Source of the DNA: Leucoraja ocellata | Taxonomy: Eukaryota | Length of the DNA stretch: 64,000 bases | Direction: 5' to 3' | NCBI GenBank assembly: GCA_036785375.1 | Contig: JAWMAR010000028.1 | Location: forward strand, 6,634,001 to 6,698,000 | Shown here: piece by piece, positions 12,397-25,463 of the stretch | Layout of the letters: each line of letters starts with the position of its first letter | How positions within the stretch are numbered: position 1 is the first letter of the stretch | Made by a program: the position numbers and the translations under genes | The notes under the pieces: generated by a model | Seen by the model: only the letters and a program-made list of their open reading frames with translations | Told to the model about the DNA's origin: nothing | Databases searched by the model: none

Positions 12397-12567
12397 CTTC
12401 ATGAAGAAGAACACTTTCCCATCAACACAACTGTCCAGGGTGGTTATACATATGAATGTCTTCGTTTGGGGATCTTCAGTGATCAGACTCTGGTTTTGAT
12501 GTTACTTAGAATTTCCTACTTTCTCGGCCTCTCTCTATCTCACATAAGCAGAGCTGAAGTAAGATGC
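12397..12567 (-). other. Non-coding exon, probably a DDR2 5'UTR exon
   Basis: Strong acceptor (T)11 CTTTGCAG and donor AAG|GTATGT around 171 nt of unique sequence with only short uORFs. DDR2 is the downstream same-strand neighbour of UAP1 in human. No DDR2 coding sequence is seen in the window. Confidence 0.55.
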
Positions 12568-12749
12568 CTGCAAAGAAAAAAAAAAACCCTCTAACATTCT
12601 GGGAATTCTTGGGAGTCAGCCAAGGATCCCAGAATTCCATACGACGCACAGACTGTTTCAATTAGACGCCCTGGCTAGGAGCAATCACAGCAGTTTAGAC
12701 TCACTTGCATTTGCCCAAGGGATTCTGCTTGTTACTGACAACAAGGACT

Positions 12750-13058
12750 GAGTTTAGTTTAGTTTTGAGATACAGTGCGGAAACAGGCCCTTCGGCCCAA
12801 CTGGTCCACACTGACCAGCGTCCCCTGCACATTAACACTATCCTACACACACTACGGACGATTTTACACGTATACCAAGCCAATTAACCTGCAAACCTGT
12901 ACGCCTTTGGAGTGTTGGAGGAACCCGAAGATCTTGGAGAAAACCCACATGGTCATGTACATACTCCGTACAGTCAGCACCCGTAGTCGGGATCAAACCC
13001 GGGTCTCTGATGCTGCAAGCACTGTAAGGCAGCAATTCTACCACAGCGCCACAGTGCC
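12750..13058 (-). mobile_element. HE1-like SINE
   Basis: Family homology. Confidence 0.85.
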
Positions 13059-13386
13059 AATGGGAAACACTGTCGGCCCTGAGGTTCTGCCGGACATATT
13101 TTATTGTTAGAACTTGTCCAAAAAGCAGTACAAAGGGACAGGAAATTACAGTGTTGGGCTGCCTCGTGGCTCCAAGATTTGTTTGGGTAGCTTTTGGGAA
13201 TTAACCAGACTTCTTCCTGTCCCTGGAACACAATGACTACAAGCAGCAAAAAAAGACACAAAGCGCTGGAGTAACTCAGCGGGTCTGGCAGCTTCTCTGC
13301 TGGACATGGATCGGTAACGTTCCAGCTCGAGATTCTTCTTCGAATCCTTCTTTGGGTCCGGTTATTGGGAATCCCATCCCTAAAAA

Positions 13387-13714
13387 GGTGACACAACGGC
13401 GCAGACTCTGACTCACATCGCCACATACCTAGGTTCGATGCTGACCTCGGGTGCTGTCTGTATGTGGAGTTTGCACGTTCCTCCTGTGACCTGGTGGGTT
13501 TCCTCCAGGTGCTCCGGTTTCCTCCCACATCCTATGAATGTGTGAGTAAGTAGGTTTATTGGCCATCTGTAAGTTGCCCCTGGTGTGCAGGGAGTGGATG
13601 AGGAAAGTGGGATAACATAGATCTAGAGCAAAGGGGTGATCGATGGTTGGTGTGAACTCGTTGAGGCGAAGGGCCTGTTTCCACGCTGTGTCCCCAAACT
13701 CAACAAAACTAAAC
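13387..13714 (+). mobile_element. HE1-like SINE
   Basis: Family homology. Confidence 0.8.
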
Positions 13715-14084
13715 TTCATACTACATTTTACTGAAAGCAATCTGCTTCCACTTATGCAAAGTGGGTTCGAAATTCAATACTTGATGTTTTTTTTCTCTCA
13801 TTTTACTGTAATTGAAAATGTACTTGTTCCTGAATAAAATGTGACACAGACCACATATGGGTTGATTTGTCTCAATTGAAAGTCAATTGTCAGCCACTGA
13901 TTTTACTTCTATATCAAGGCTCGTTGGCTGGTATTTTTTATCTCATGCAACAACCCATTTTTGAGAGAGACTGGAGGAACTGCAGATGCTGGTATCACGT
14001 GCAAAAACCCAAAGTGCTGGAGGAACTGGGCAGGTCTGGCAGCATCTTTGGAGGGAGGTGAGTCTGTGGCATCTGTGACCTTAC

Positions 14085-14530
14085 AGAGGGTGGTGAATCT
14101 GTGGAATTCATTGCCACAGATGGCCGCGGATGCCAAGTCATTGGGTATTTTTAAAGCAGAGACTGACAGGTTCTTGATTAGTAATATAGAAACATAGAAA
14201 ATAGGTGCAGGGGGAGGCCATTCAGCCCTTTGAGCCAGCACTGCAATTCATTGTGATCATGGCTGATCGTCCCCTATCAATAACCCGTGCCTGCCTTCTC
14301 CCCATATCCCTCGACTTCACTAGCCCCTAGAGCTCTATCTAACTGTCGCTTAAATCCATCCAGTGACTTGGCCTCCACTACCCTCTGTGGCAGGGAATTC
14401 CATAATAGTGTCAAAGGTAATGGGGAGAAGGCAGGAGAATGGGGTTGAGAGGGAAAGATAGATCAGCCATGATTGAATGGCAGAGTAGACTTGATGGGCT
14501 GAATGGTCTAATTCTGCTTCCATGCCTTAC
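14085..14530. mobile_element. CR1 3' end (+) with an opposite-orientation CR1 3' end nested at about 14185-14403
   Basis: QRVVNLWNSLP motif and 3'UTR on both strands. Confidence 0.8.
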
Positions 14531-14878
14531 AGTATGAACATGAATGTACAGACAAAGTCTTGGAGCCTTCTTTGTAGAACTAAGGAAAACTTTGACTCAT
14601 TTGGCCTGGATCGAAGTAGTTTTTTGCCACTGCTGAGAGAATTCAGCGTTCCAACACAAATAGTTTCCAAAGTGCTCAACAGTTAATGAAGAGGTTTTGA
14701 TATGCAGTGACTGGTTGTAGCGTAGGAAACAGGGAGGCAAACATACCCAACCAGCTCCCACAAGAAACAATGATATGATGCCCAAAGAATCTCATGTCAA
14801 TGTTGTCGGAAAAATAGACGTTGGCAGAGGACTCCCTGTTCTTCCACTAATCCCTTGGGACCAGAGACTGGTGAAAAC

Positions 14879-15168
14879 GTTTAGTTTAATTTAGAGATAC
14901 AGCATGGAAACAGGCCCTTTGGCCCACCGTCCATACCGACGAGTGATCACTAGTTCCATCCTACACACTAGTAACAATTTACAGAAGCCAATTAACCTAG
15001 AAACCTGCACGTCTTTGGAATGTGGGAAGAAACCGGTGCACCCGGAGAAAACCCACGTGTTCACAGGGAGAGCATACAAACCCCGTACCGACATCACCCT
15101 TAGTTAGGATCAAACCTGAATCTCTGGCGCCGTGAGGCAGCAACTCTACTGCTGCGCCACCGTGCCGC
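14879..15168 (-). mobile_element. HE1-like SINE
   Basis: Family homology. Confidence 0.85.
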
Positions 15169-15308
15169 ACAAAATAGTGAGGTATCAGAAAATATCTAGT
15201 GGTAGCGACTAGCTCTACCCTTCCCTGTTCGTGTCTGTGGAACTGATGGGTAACAATCCTGAGAACTACATTCTGCACTCTGTATCTTCCTCTGTGCTCT
15301 ATCTGAAC

Positions 15309-15635
15309 GGGCAGCACAGTGGCACGGCTGATCGAGCTGCTGCCTCGCAGCGCCAGAGACCCGGGTTCGATCCTGGCCTTGGGTGCTGTCTGTGTGTGGA
15401 GTCTGCACGTTATCATTGTGACCGCGTGGGTTTCCACCAGGTGCTCCAGTTTGCTCCCACATCCCAATGACGTGCGGGTTTGTATTTTAACTGACCCTCT
15501 GTAAATTGCCCCTAGTGTGTAGGGAGTGGATGAGTAAGATGGATAACATAGAACTAGTGTGAACGGGTGATCGATGGTCGGCGTGGACTCGGTGGGCTGA
15601 AGGGCCTGTTTCCGTGCCGTATCACTAAACTAAAC
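15309..15635 (+). mobile_element. HE1-like SINE
   Basis: Family homology, full length. Confidence 0.85.
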
Positions 15636-16054
15636 TTTTGTAGTTGAATTCAAATCGATTGCATTTAGGTATAACATTATCTTATTTGATTGAATAAGAT
15701 GCAGAACAAAGTGTTTCACTGTACCTCGGAGCACATGCCAATAATAGACCTCAGCTGGTTCTCAGTGATTGTGGTTGTAACAGTACTGGGGTGCAGCCTT
15801 TCATGTGGTCCCAACTACATGCTTCATGCGATCCATGAAGAGACAAAGTCTGGACTCCCTCCTCCACGCACATCAGTCTGTATTAAGTTCTAAAATCTAA
15901 TGGGCTTTGATCTTGTTGAATGGTGATCAAGCCTTGGGGGTTGAGTGGACTGGCTTGGCTCCACTGCCCTGTTGCACTGACGTGACTTTTCCAATTCCCC
16001 ACCAAGCAACCTGGTGATGTCAACAAATGAGGCAAGGAAAAGATCTCAGTCTTC

Positions 16055-16343
16055 AGTGCCCGAGCCGGCTTTTCCGGGGTTACGTCCATGCCCAGGTGGG
16101 GTTGGTAAGGGACTGCGCGCTGTCCTCGGGCACCCTGGGGATTTCCGGGACTGCTGGGGGTTGAATGTATCCTCAATAGTTGTATAGTATTAACATATAG
16201 TATTGTATAGTTGTAACATAGTTGTATAGTGTTTTATTTAGTATATTTGTTCATCTTGTATTATGGTGGTGGGTTCGGTTCTGTTTTGTTGCATTGCAAA
16301 TATTATTTTTAATAATTGAATAATTCTTTGAAAAAAAAAAAAA
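16055..16343 (+). mobile_element. Tx1/L1-clade LINE 3' end with poly(A)
   Basis: FRGYVHAQV-like decayed ORF2 C-terminus, T-rich UTR, A13 tail at 16331-16343. Confidence 0.5.
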
Positions 16344-16432
16344 GGGGGACTTCTGAGAATCCAGAACTACTGAACATTGAACCAGCCCTAATCTTCGTCA
16401 TTAAGGTGGAAGTGCAGAGAGTGCATAGTGTA

Positions 16433-16700
16433 GGGGCGGCACAGTGGCACAGCGGTAGAGTTGCTGCCTCACAGCCCCAGAGATCCGGGATCGATCCCGA
16501 CAACAAGTTCTGTCTGTGTAGAATTTGTACTTTTTTTTGTGACCCCGTGGGTTTTCTCCGGGTGTTCTGATTTCCTCCTATATTCCAAATTTATGCAGAT
16601 TGTCCCTAGTGTCAAGGTTTGAACTAGTGCATGGGTCATCGTTAGTGGGCACGAACCCGGTGGGCCAACGTGCCTGTTTCCACACTGTGCCTTTAAAATA
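16433..16700 (+). mobile_element. HE1-like SINE
   Basis: Family homology. Confidence 0.8.
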
Positions 16701-16744
16701 AGCTGAGCTTCCAGAAGTTAAACACTGAAACAATGCAAGCTATA

Positions 16745-17825
16745 TCAATAGACAATAGGTGCAGGAGTAGGCCATTCGGCCCTTCGAGCCATCACCGCCA
16801 TTCAATGTGATCATGGCTGATCATCCCCAATCAGTACCCCATCCTGCCTTCTCTCCATATCCCCTGACTCCACTATCTTTAAGAGCCCTATCTAGCTCTC
16901 TCTTGAAAGTATCCACTGTCCTCTGCAGCAGAGAATTCCACACTCACAACTCTCTGTGTGAAAAAGTGTTTCCTTCTTGTCTCCGCTCTAAATGGCTTAC
17001 CCCTTATTCTTAAACTGTGGCCCCTGGCTCTGGACTCCCCCATCATCGGGAACATGTTTCCTTCCTCTAGCTTGTCCAAACCCTTAATAGTGTTTCAATA
17101 AGATGCCCTTTCATCCTTCTAAACTCCAGAGTGTACAAGCCCAGCCGCTCCATTCTCTCAGCAAATGACAGTCCCGGCATCCTGGGAATTAACCTTGTAA
17201 ACCTACTCCCTCAATAGCAAGAATGTCCTTCCTCAAATCAGGGGACCAAAACTGCACACAATACTCCAGGTGTGGTCTCACTAGAGCCCTGAACAACTGC
17301 AGAAGGACCTCTTTTCTCCTCCACTCAACTCCTCTTGTTATGAATATCATTAAGCTGGAAAGAGGTCAGAGACGATTTACGAGGAAGTTGCCAGAACTCG
17401 AGAGGTTGAGCTGGAGGGAGACTTTGGGCTGGCTAGGACTTCATTGGAAAACGACGAGGGGCGATTTTATGGTCTATAAAATCATGAGGATAATTGACAG
17501 GGTGAATGACCAGAGTCTTTTACCCAGGGTAGGGGAATCAGGAACCAGGGGACGTAGGTTTAAGGTGGGAGAGGGAATATTTAATACGAACCTGAGGGAC
17601 AACCTTTTCACACGGAGAGTGATAGGTATATGGAACAAACTGCCAGAGGAGGTGGTTGAGGCAGTTACTATAACAACATTTAAAATGCATTTTGACAGGA
17701 TAAGAATGGTTTAGAGAGATATGGACCAAACACGGGCAAATGGGACTAGCTTGGGTGAGGCATCTTGGTCACATGGAGAAGTTGGGCTGAAGGGCCTGTT
17801 TCCATGCTGTATTACTCTGTGCCTC
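16745..17825. mobile_element. Two back-to-back CR1 fragments (- at 16745-17345, + at 17345-17825)
   Basis: ESRARGHSLRIRG...FFTQRVV on -, KLERGQRRFTRKLP...LFTRRVIGIWNKLP on +. Confidence 0.85.
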
Positions 17826-19338
17826 TAGATTTTTGCACACGAACATGAACTCTACAGTTGATGGACAGATGAAGGTTTATTCGATTAAGAACAGACGATT
17901 CATTCTCAGTAGCAGAGATCAAAGGACAATGCTTGCAGTGCCACCCAGTCCCTTTGGACAATTACCTTTGAAGATTAAAAACTACAGAATTAAGTTTGCC
18001 ATTAAGCTTGGCTAATTTATACTCAGCCCATTATGCCCAATTACAATTGACTGCTACACAAACACACACACACCCACATTGATACATTAATGGCTGTAAT
18101 ATTTGTGTAGTCGGCATTGGGAATATTTAAAAGTCATTCCAAATGCTTGGGGCATTTACTTACATTTGTTGAGGCAAATTTACGGGTGATCAGTCACCAT
18201 TGTAGAATTTCTTTTTTGAACATTAAAGCAAGGAGCAGTTACTGATATTAAACAGTGGTCCAGGATTTGTTATCCAGTCAGTGAAAAGACTATACATGAT
18301 TACAAGCAGGCCACCCACAGTGCACAGAAACAGGATAAAGTCCTGTATATCCCAATTAAACAGTGCAATGAGGTAGATAGGTCAGGTGGTGATAGTTCAG
18401 TTGCATCAACTATGGAAGAAACTGTCCCTGAATCTGGAGATGTGCGTTTTCACACTTCTGTACCTCTCATAATACTTCTTATACCTCTCTTAATTGTATT
18501 TATTTATTCAGGTCGAATCTCAACCTCTGATGTTCCAGAGAAAACAATCCACATTTGTCCAACCTCTCAGTTAATGAACAGAACTTGATCAAATATCATT
18601 GCGTTATGTCATTTTACTGCAAAATGTATTTTTGAACAGAGCATTTTTAAAGCAGAGATAGATAGATTCTTGATTAGTGCGGGTGTCGGGGGTTATGGAG
18701 AGAAGGCAGGAGAATGTGGCTGAGAGGGAAAGATAGATCAGCCATGATTGAATAGCGGAGTAGACTTGATGGGTTGAATGGCCTAATTCTGCTCCTATCA
18801 CTTCTGAACTTTCTATCTTCATTTCCATCAACTGCAATTCTTGTTCCCTTTTTTCGTCAAAGGTTAAAACTACAACATAGGTCACACAAAGCAGTTTATG
18901 ATGCATGGGCAGCCAGTTTTACAGCACGTCTGATTTTTTTACCGATGAGGGCAATGTATTTATACATCTGCATTCAGGTACAAATTCCAAGGAGTTACTT
19001 TTTTCTTTGGCATTGATTTGGGTCTTTGAAAATTACATTGCCCAATGTTAGTACTCAAACTCAATCTGTCTAATCGCAGTGTGATGAAGGTCGGACCTGA
19101 AACGTCATGCATCCTTTTTCTCCAGAGATGCTGCCCGACCTGTTGAGTTACTCCAGCACTTTGCGTCTGCCAGTAGACATTGTATAAACCAGCATCTGCA
19201 GTTCCTTTCTACACACTCAGTCTCTATCCAATTGTGTGAACTGTAGATCAATTGGTGAGGTCGCACTTGGAATATTGCATTCAGTGTTGGGCACCATGCT
19301 AGAGGAAGAATGTTTTAAGCTGGAAAGAGTGCTCAGAA

Positions 19339-19534
19339 TGTTTAAGAAGGAACTGCAGATGCTGGGAAATCGAAGGTACAAAAAAATGCTGGAGAAACTC
19401 AGCGGGTGCAGCAGCATCTATGGGGCGAAGGAAATGGGCAGCGTTTCAAACCGAACCCCCGAAACGTTGCCTATTTCCTTCGCTCCATAGATGCTGCTGC
19501 ACCCGCTGAGTTTCTCCAGCATTTTTGTGTACCT
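19339..19534. mobile_element. Penelope-derived fold-back element
   Basis: 14-bp TSD AAGAGTGCTCAGAA at 19325-19338 and 19535-19548; near-perfect inverted arms of about 70 bp. Confidence 0.85.
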
Positions 19535-20783
19535 AAGAGTGCTCAGAAGATTTGCAAGGATGTTTCCAGGACTTGAAAGCCTGTTGATAGGGAGAGGTTG
19601 GACAAGCTAGACTTTACCACTTAGAGTGAAGGAGGCTGAGAAGTATTCTTATCACACCATTTAAGAGACATTTGGACAGGTATATGGATAGGACAGGTTT
19701 TGAAGGATGTGGTCCAAATGCAGGCAGGTGGGATAGTATAGATGGGGCAAGTTAATCGGCGTGGGCAAGTTGGGCAGAAGGGCCCGTTTCCATGCTGTGT
19801 GACTCTTTGCTCTAGGTGTATAAAATTACGATCGGAATAAATAGGGAGAATGCACAGACTCCTTTTTCCCCAGAGTTGTGAAATCAAGAAGTAGAGGACA
19901 CAGATTTAAGGAGAAGGGAGGAATGATTCAATTGGAACCTTGGGTAACCCGGGGCAACTTTTTCCACACAGAGGGTTGTGGGTAGAGGTGAGGAGCTACC
20001 AGGAGAGGCAGTCCAGTCAGGCACAACAACAACATTTCATAAATTCTAAAGGTTTGCTCCACCATTCAATCATGGCTGATGTATCTTTCCCTCTCAACCC
20101 CATTCTCATGCCTTCCCTGCATTACCTTTGACACCCTTACTAATCATGATGACTTCATAATTTTACTGTCAATCTCCGCATTAAAAACACATTTGTTGCA
20201 CTGAATTTGCTGTGGGTCGATCAGAAATCACAGAGGTCTCAGTTTAATCGGTTCCTCTTTGGTGTGAAACAGCATAAACATAATGCACACTTGAATTTGA
20301 TCCGTTTTGCTACTCTTTTGACAGGGATCTGATTTGGCACCGGCATTCAAAACAACACTATTTCAGTGCACAAAATGTGCAAATTCAATTGCCAGATATT
20401 CATATTTACTTTTACTTATGCATGTATAAAATTAAACCTTTAGGTTATGTAGCCATCCCTATGAACACACGACGTGTGCTTTTTAATATATTACAATCAG
20501 TAAAGCTGCAAAAGTTTTAACACTGAGAGATTGTAAAAGATGTTACCAGGAAAATAATTTAACATATGTGGAGGAGCTCAAAAAAAAACCTGTTCCCTGA
20601 TGGTTCCAAAAATCTGGTTCTAATTGACATTGAGATTGTGCAGATGGAACGGGAGGAAATTCATATTGAAGAATTTGTAACTAAGATGCAGGGCCAATCA
20701 ACGGTTAACAGTATATTCGGGAAAATAGGTGCATAGATAGATGTCAAAGATGATGACAATTGTGCTGGAAAAGTCATAACATG

Positions 20784-21092
20784 GTTTGGTTTTATTTACT
20801 TTAGAGACAGCACAGAAACAGGCCCTTTGCCCCACCGACCAGCGATTCACGCACATTAACATTACCCTATATACACACACACACACGGGACAATTTCAAT
20901 CTTTTTTTTCATACCAAGCCAATTAACCTATAATCCGGCACGTCTTTGCAGTGTTTTAGAAAACTGAAGATCTCAGAGAAAACCCACGCAGTTCACGGGG
21001 AGAACGTACAAACAAGCGCCCGTAGTCAGGATCAAACCTGGGTCTCTGGCGCTGTAAGGCAGTAGCTCTACCACTGCGCCACCATGCCGCCC
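20784..21092 (-). mobile_element. HE1-like SINE
   Basis: Family homology. Confidence 0.85.
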
Positions 21093-21276
21093 TAATTGTC
21101 CAATCTGTAGTAACAGTTTAGATTGTGTAACTGAGCTAATTTCAGATAATGTACATCTCAGAGTTATAATTACACAGCAAGGAAATAGACCCTTCAGCTC
21201 AACTTGCCAATGCCAACCAAGATGCCCCATCGACACTAATCCCACCTGTCTGCATTGGATCAATATCCCTCTAAAC

Positions 21277-21614
21277 CAGTGGTTCCCAACCTTTTTTTGG
21301 CCATACCCCACCTAATCACCTCTAAAATCCTGATGCCCCCCCCATGTGGTGATATATAATTCTTATCATTTAAAAAGTGAACTCCGTTTCAGCTGAAGAA
21401 GCATAAAACGCCAATACCTTGGTTTAAACAAACTTCAAAAGAACATGGCATCCATGAAAAAGAAAAATGAAATAAACAAAAGACAGTTAAAGTTCTGAGC
21501 AAGAAATTACTAAAAAATTGTAAAAAAAAAGAAAAAAACATTAGGTGGAAATTGCCCCCCTTAAAAATCAAATTGCCCCCCAGTGGGGCGTACGCCCCAC
21601 ATTGGGAACCACTG
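21277..21614. mobile_element. hAT (Charlie-like) MITE
   Basis: TIR CAGTGGTTCCCAA / TTGGGAACCACTG; perfect 8-bp TSD CTCTAAAC at 21269-21276 and 21615-21622. Confidence 0.92.
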
Positions 21615-22279
21615 CTCTAAACCTTTCTTATCCATGTATCGCTGCAAATGTCCTTTAACGTTTATAGTTCCGTATGCTCACTACCCTCTGTGTGAAAAGG
21701 TTGCCCGTCAGGTTCTGACTCAATCTTACTCATCTTAAACATACGTCCTCTGGTTCCTCCTCTGAATAAAAGACTCTTAAAATGCATCTCTGGTACAAGT
21801 ATACAAGAAACTCAATGCCACATTGCAAAGGTAGACAGTCAGAACATGTTTCCCAGGATGGAAATATCAAATACTAGAGAGCAAAGCTTTAAGGTTAGAG
21901 AGGCAAAGTTTAAAGGAGATGTGCGGGGCAAGTTTTTTTTTGAAAGGGTGTGGTAGGAACCCAGAATGTGTTGCCGGGGTGGTTGTGGAGGTACGTACGA
22001 TAGCGACAATGAAGAGACTTTTAGTAAGTCACATGGATATGCAGGGAATGAGGGACATGGATCATGTGCAGGCAGATAAGAGTCAATCATGGCATCATGT
22101 TCGGCACGGACATTGTGGGATGACCGGCCCGTTTCTGTACTCTGGAGATACTGGGTGGAAACAGGCCATTCAGACAACTGAGTCCCCACTGACCAGCGAT
22201 CACCCCGTACACTAGCACTATCCTACACACTAGGGACAATTTACAATTTTACAGAAGCCAATTAACCTACAAACCTCAC

Positions 22280-22920
22280 CGGATGGTGCCTCGATGGCAG
22301 CCTCGCCTGCAGTCTGTCCTTTGTCTTTTGTTTTTGTTATCTTTAGTGTGTTTAAAAAGTATGCGCAAATGGTCTCTGGTTTGTTTCAATCTCTTACCTT
22401 GTCGGAGACGCGATTGTTTTCCGGGTCGTATCTCCGATCGCTTTGCGGCCTAACATTGTGGAGCTGGAGACCTTGCTCGGGACTGACTTTGAGCCCGAGA
22501 TCGATGCTCCAATCGCGTCCTGTGGACTTTAACATCAAGGAGCTCGCAGTCTCAGGAGAGACCGAGTCGGGAAGCTCCAAGACCCCGGGCAGCTGAGATT
22601 CCCCCCCCCCCCCCCGATGCAGCAGCTTGATCGCCCCGACGAGGAGGCCCGCTGCCAGCTACGGGAGTATAACCGTCCCATCAACGGATGGTTAGAAGAC
22701 CACGACCGCAGGAGGACAAAGAGGGAAGAGATTGAACTTTTTTTTTTGCCTTCCATCACAATGAGGAATGTGGAGGAGTTGCTGTGGTGGATGTTCATGT
22801 TAAAATGTATTTTTTGTGTTCTGTTACTTTTGATTTGTGTGACTGTATGGCAAATCAAATTCCTCATATGTTGCGAAACATACTTGGCTAATAAAGTATG
22901 ATTACGATGATTATTATTAA
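22280..22920 (+). mobile_element. Non-autonomous retroelement with a LINE-like tail, inserted in a SINE
   Basis: Ends AATAAAGTATGATTACGATGATTATTATT; splits the SINE at 22143-23080. Confidence 0.6.
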
Positions 22921-25120
22921 ACTTATAAATCTTTGGAGTGTGGGAGGAAACCAGAGTACCTGGAGGAAACCCAGTCATTGGGAGAGCGTACAAACTCTGC
23001 ACAGACAGCCCCCAGTCAGGATCGAACCCAGGTCTCTGGCGCTGTAACGCAGTGACTATCGCTGCGCCACTGTGCCACCCTGTACTGTTCTACGGTAAGA
23101 GGCTGGAAACACATTATCCCCATAATTCATTTTCTGTGGCCAGAATCAACAACTGTGTCCAGTTTGGCTGTTGCAGTGAGGAACTTCCTTGATTCTCGAA
23201 AAAAAGTTTACAAAAATCTCAGTTCGGAGCATCGAAGCACTTTTTGGCACTCGACAATGTCTGGGAGGAAGAGACTGAGATTTCTCAGGGGGAGCCATTT
23301 CAAAGTAGAACTGAAATGTTGACTGTTCCATCATAGGAAGTCAAGGATTATTCAGCAACTCTTTCCGACCCAGTAATAGAAGTTTCTAAAAGGCTGGATA
23401 TCTAGATTTTCATATTAATTCATTAATATAATGAGTAAAACACAAAGTGCTCAGGGAACTCTGCAGATTAGATATTTGTGGAGGGAATGGACAGATGACA
23501 TTTTGGGTTGGGATCCTTCCTTAGACTGATAGCAGTAAGCGGGGAGAAGGGAGGGGGGGGGGGGTTAAGAAGGGTCCAGACCGAAAATGTTATCTGTCCT
23601 TTCCCACAGATGCTGCCTGACCTGCTGAATTCCTCCACAGGGAGAACATGCAAACTCCACAGAGAGCACCCAAAGTCAGATTGAACCCGGGTCTCCATTG
23701 CGGGGCAGCACCTCTACCAGCTGCACCACTGTGCTGCCCAAATCTGCTCTTTCCGAATCAAATGTTGTTCATATCTTCGCAAAATGTGACTACCAAAGGA
23801 AGAACTCAATAATTGATATGCTTGGTCAAAAAAAGTTTAGATTCTTACTTTGTACAACTTAAGTTAACTTTTCACTGTGACTTGTCTGGTGAAAGCACCG
23901 GACATGTTTTCAGCACTTTGAAAGAGCTTGGAGTGATGAATTTGGAGCCCCTTAATGCTTCTTCACTAAAGCCTGGATTGGACAAACGAGAACGCTCTAA
24001 CTTTGAGATCAGTATGATGATTTAAGACATCTATTTTTTTGAAAGTCATATTTCTTAATATGATATATAAAATGAGCAATTAAATTATGACTTTGCATCC
24101 AATTGTGGAATACTAGACAAGGACAGGCATGAGGATTGAGTTATTTAGAGCAATACTCTTTGGGATTTTTGAGAATGAGAGGTGAACTTAATCTGAGAAG
24201 GTTTAGTGTAGTAGCAAACAGGATGCCTTCAAAATATACACAATTAACCTTAGATGCACCAGTGATTGGAACTCAAGAATGGGCAGGTGAAAATATACGC
24301 AGTTCCTATATTCAACCACAATTCCCAAACTCGCAAAATGTAGTCATAAGTGTAATTAGGCCATTCGGCCCATCAAGTCTACTCCGTCATTCAATCAAGG
24401 CTGATCTATCTTTCCCTCTTAACCCAATTCTCCTGCCTTCTCTGATCAAGCACTTAAAAGCATCCATTTAACTTGGCCTCCACAGCATTCTCTATATAAC
24501 ACATTGCACAGAAGGAAAGGTATCTTAATATCATGGTTACAGGTCGAGGGAGGGAAGGTGGGTGGTGCAGATACAGTGATCAGGCCAATAACCAAAGCAC
24601 AAAGGGTATAGACTATATAAGGAGTACTTGAGGAATCAAATATTATACAAAGACCCACCCCTCCCAGGCCGCAGCCTCAGTTCACTCCTTCCATGAGTCT
24701 AAAAACAGGGACCACCAGGTTTAAGAACAGCTTCTTTCCAGCAACTATCAGACTCTTGAACACTGCGCACCACTAACCTCAACTAAAAACTTCAATGGAC
24801 TGTCACTGGTTGCACTAACGACTGTTATTTTGCATTGGCATTGCAGTTATTAATTTTAAAAGAATAATACAAGATTGTGGTAAAGTAAATATAAAAGTTA
24901 GGAAAATGTGACAAATCTTTTCAAAACACTTTATGGACAAGGCTGCAATTCTGGCAAACAGAACTAACGTCAGGAATAAGTCCAACATCCTTGAGTGCCA
25001 GATTGAAGACTGTAAAGCTGAAACTAATGCAGATAATGCATTTTTAAAAAGGTGATGAACCTGCAACTGAAGGAAAGGCAGTCAGGAGAGGAGTGGGCGA
25101 CCACAAGGAAGAGGAACAGT

Positions 25121-25388
25121 GGGCAGCACAGTGGTGCAGAGAGTTTCTGCCTTACAGCACCAGAGCTGGGTTCGATCCTGACTGCGGGTGCAGCCTGCAT
25201 GGAATTGGTACGTCGTAGGGTTTCTCCGGTTTCCTCCCCTGCTCCCGAGACGTAGTTTTGTAGGATAATTGGCTTCTGTAAGTTGTCTCATATGCAGGAT
25301 AATGTTAGCGTACAGGGTGCTCGCTGGTCAGCGCACTCAGTGGGCCCAAAGGCCCCGTTTCCATGCTGTCTCTAAAGTCTAAAGTAAA
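25121..25388 (+). mobile_element. HE1-like SINE
   Basis: Family homology. Confidence 0.8.
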
Positions 25389-25463
25389 GGAAGGCAAGGA
25401 TACCTCAGAGCACTTTTTACACTAGCACTGTTTCTCTGCTTGAAAATGGTGGAAGCAAGCATC

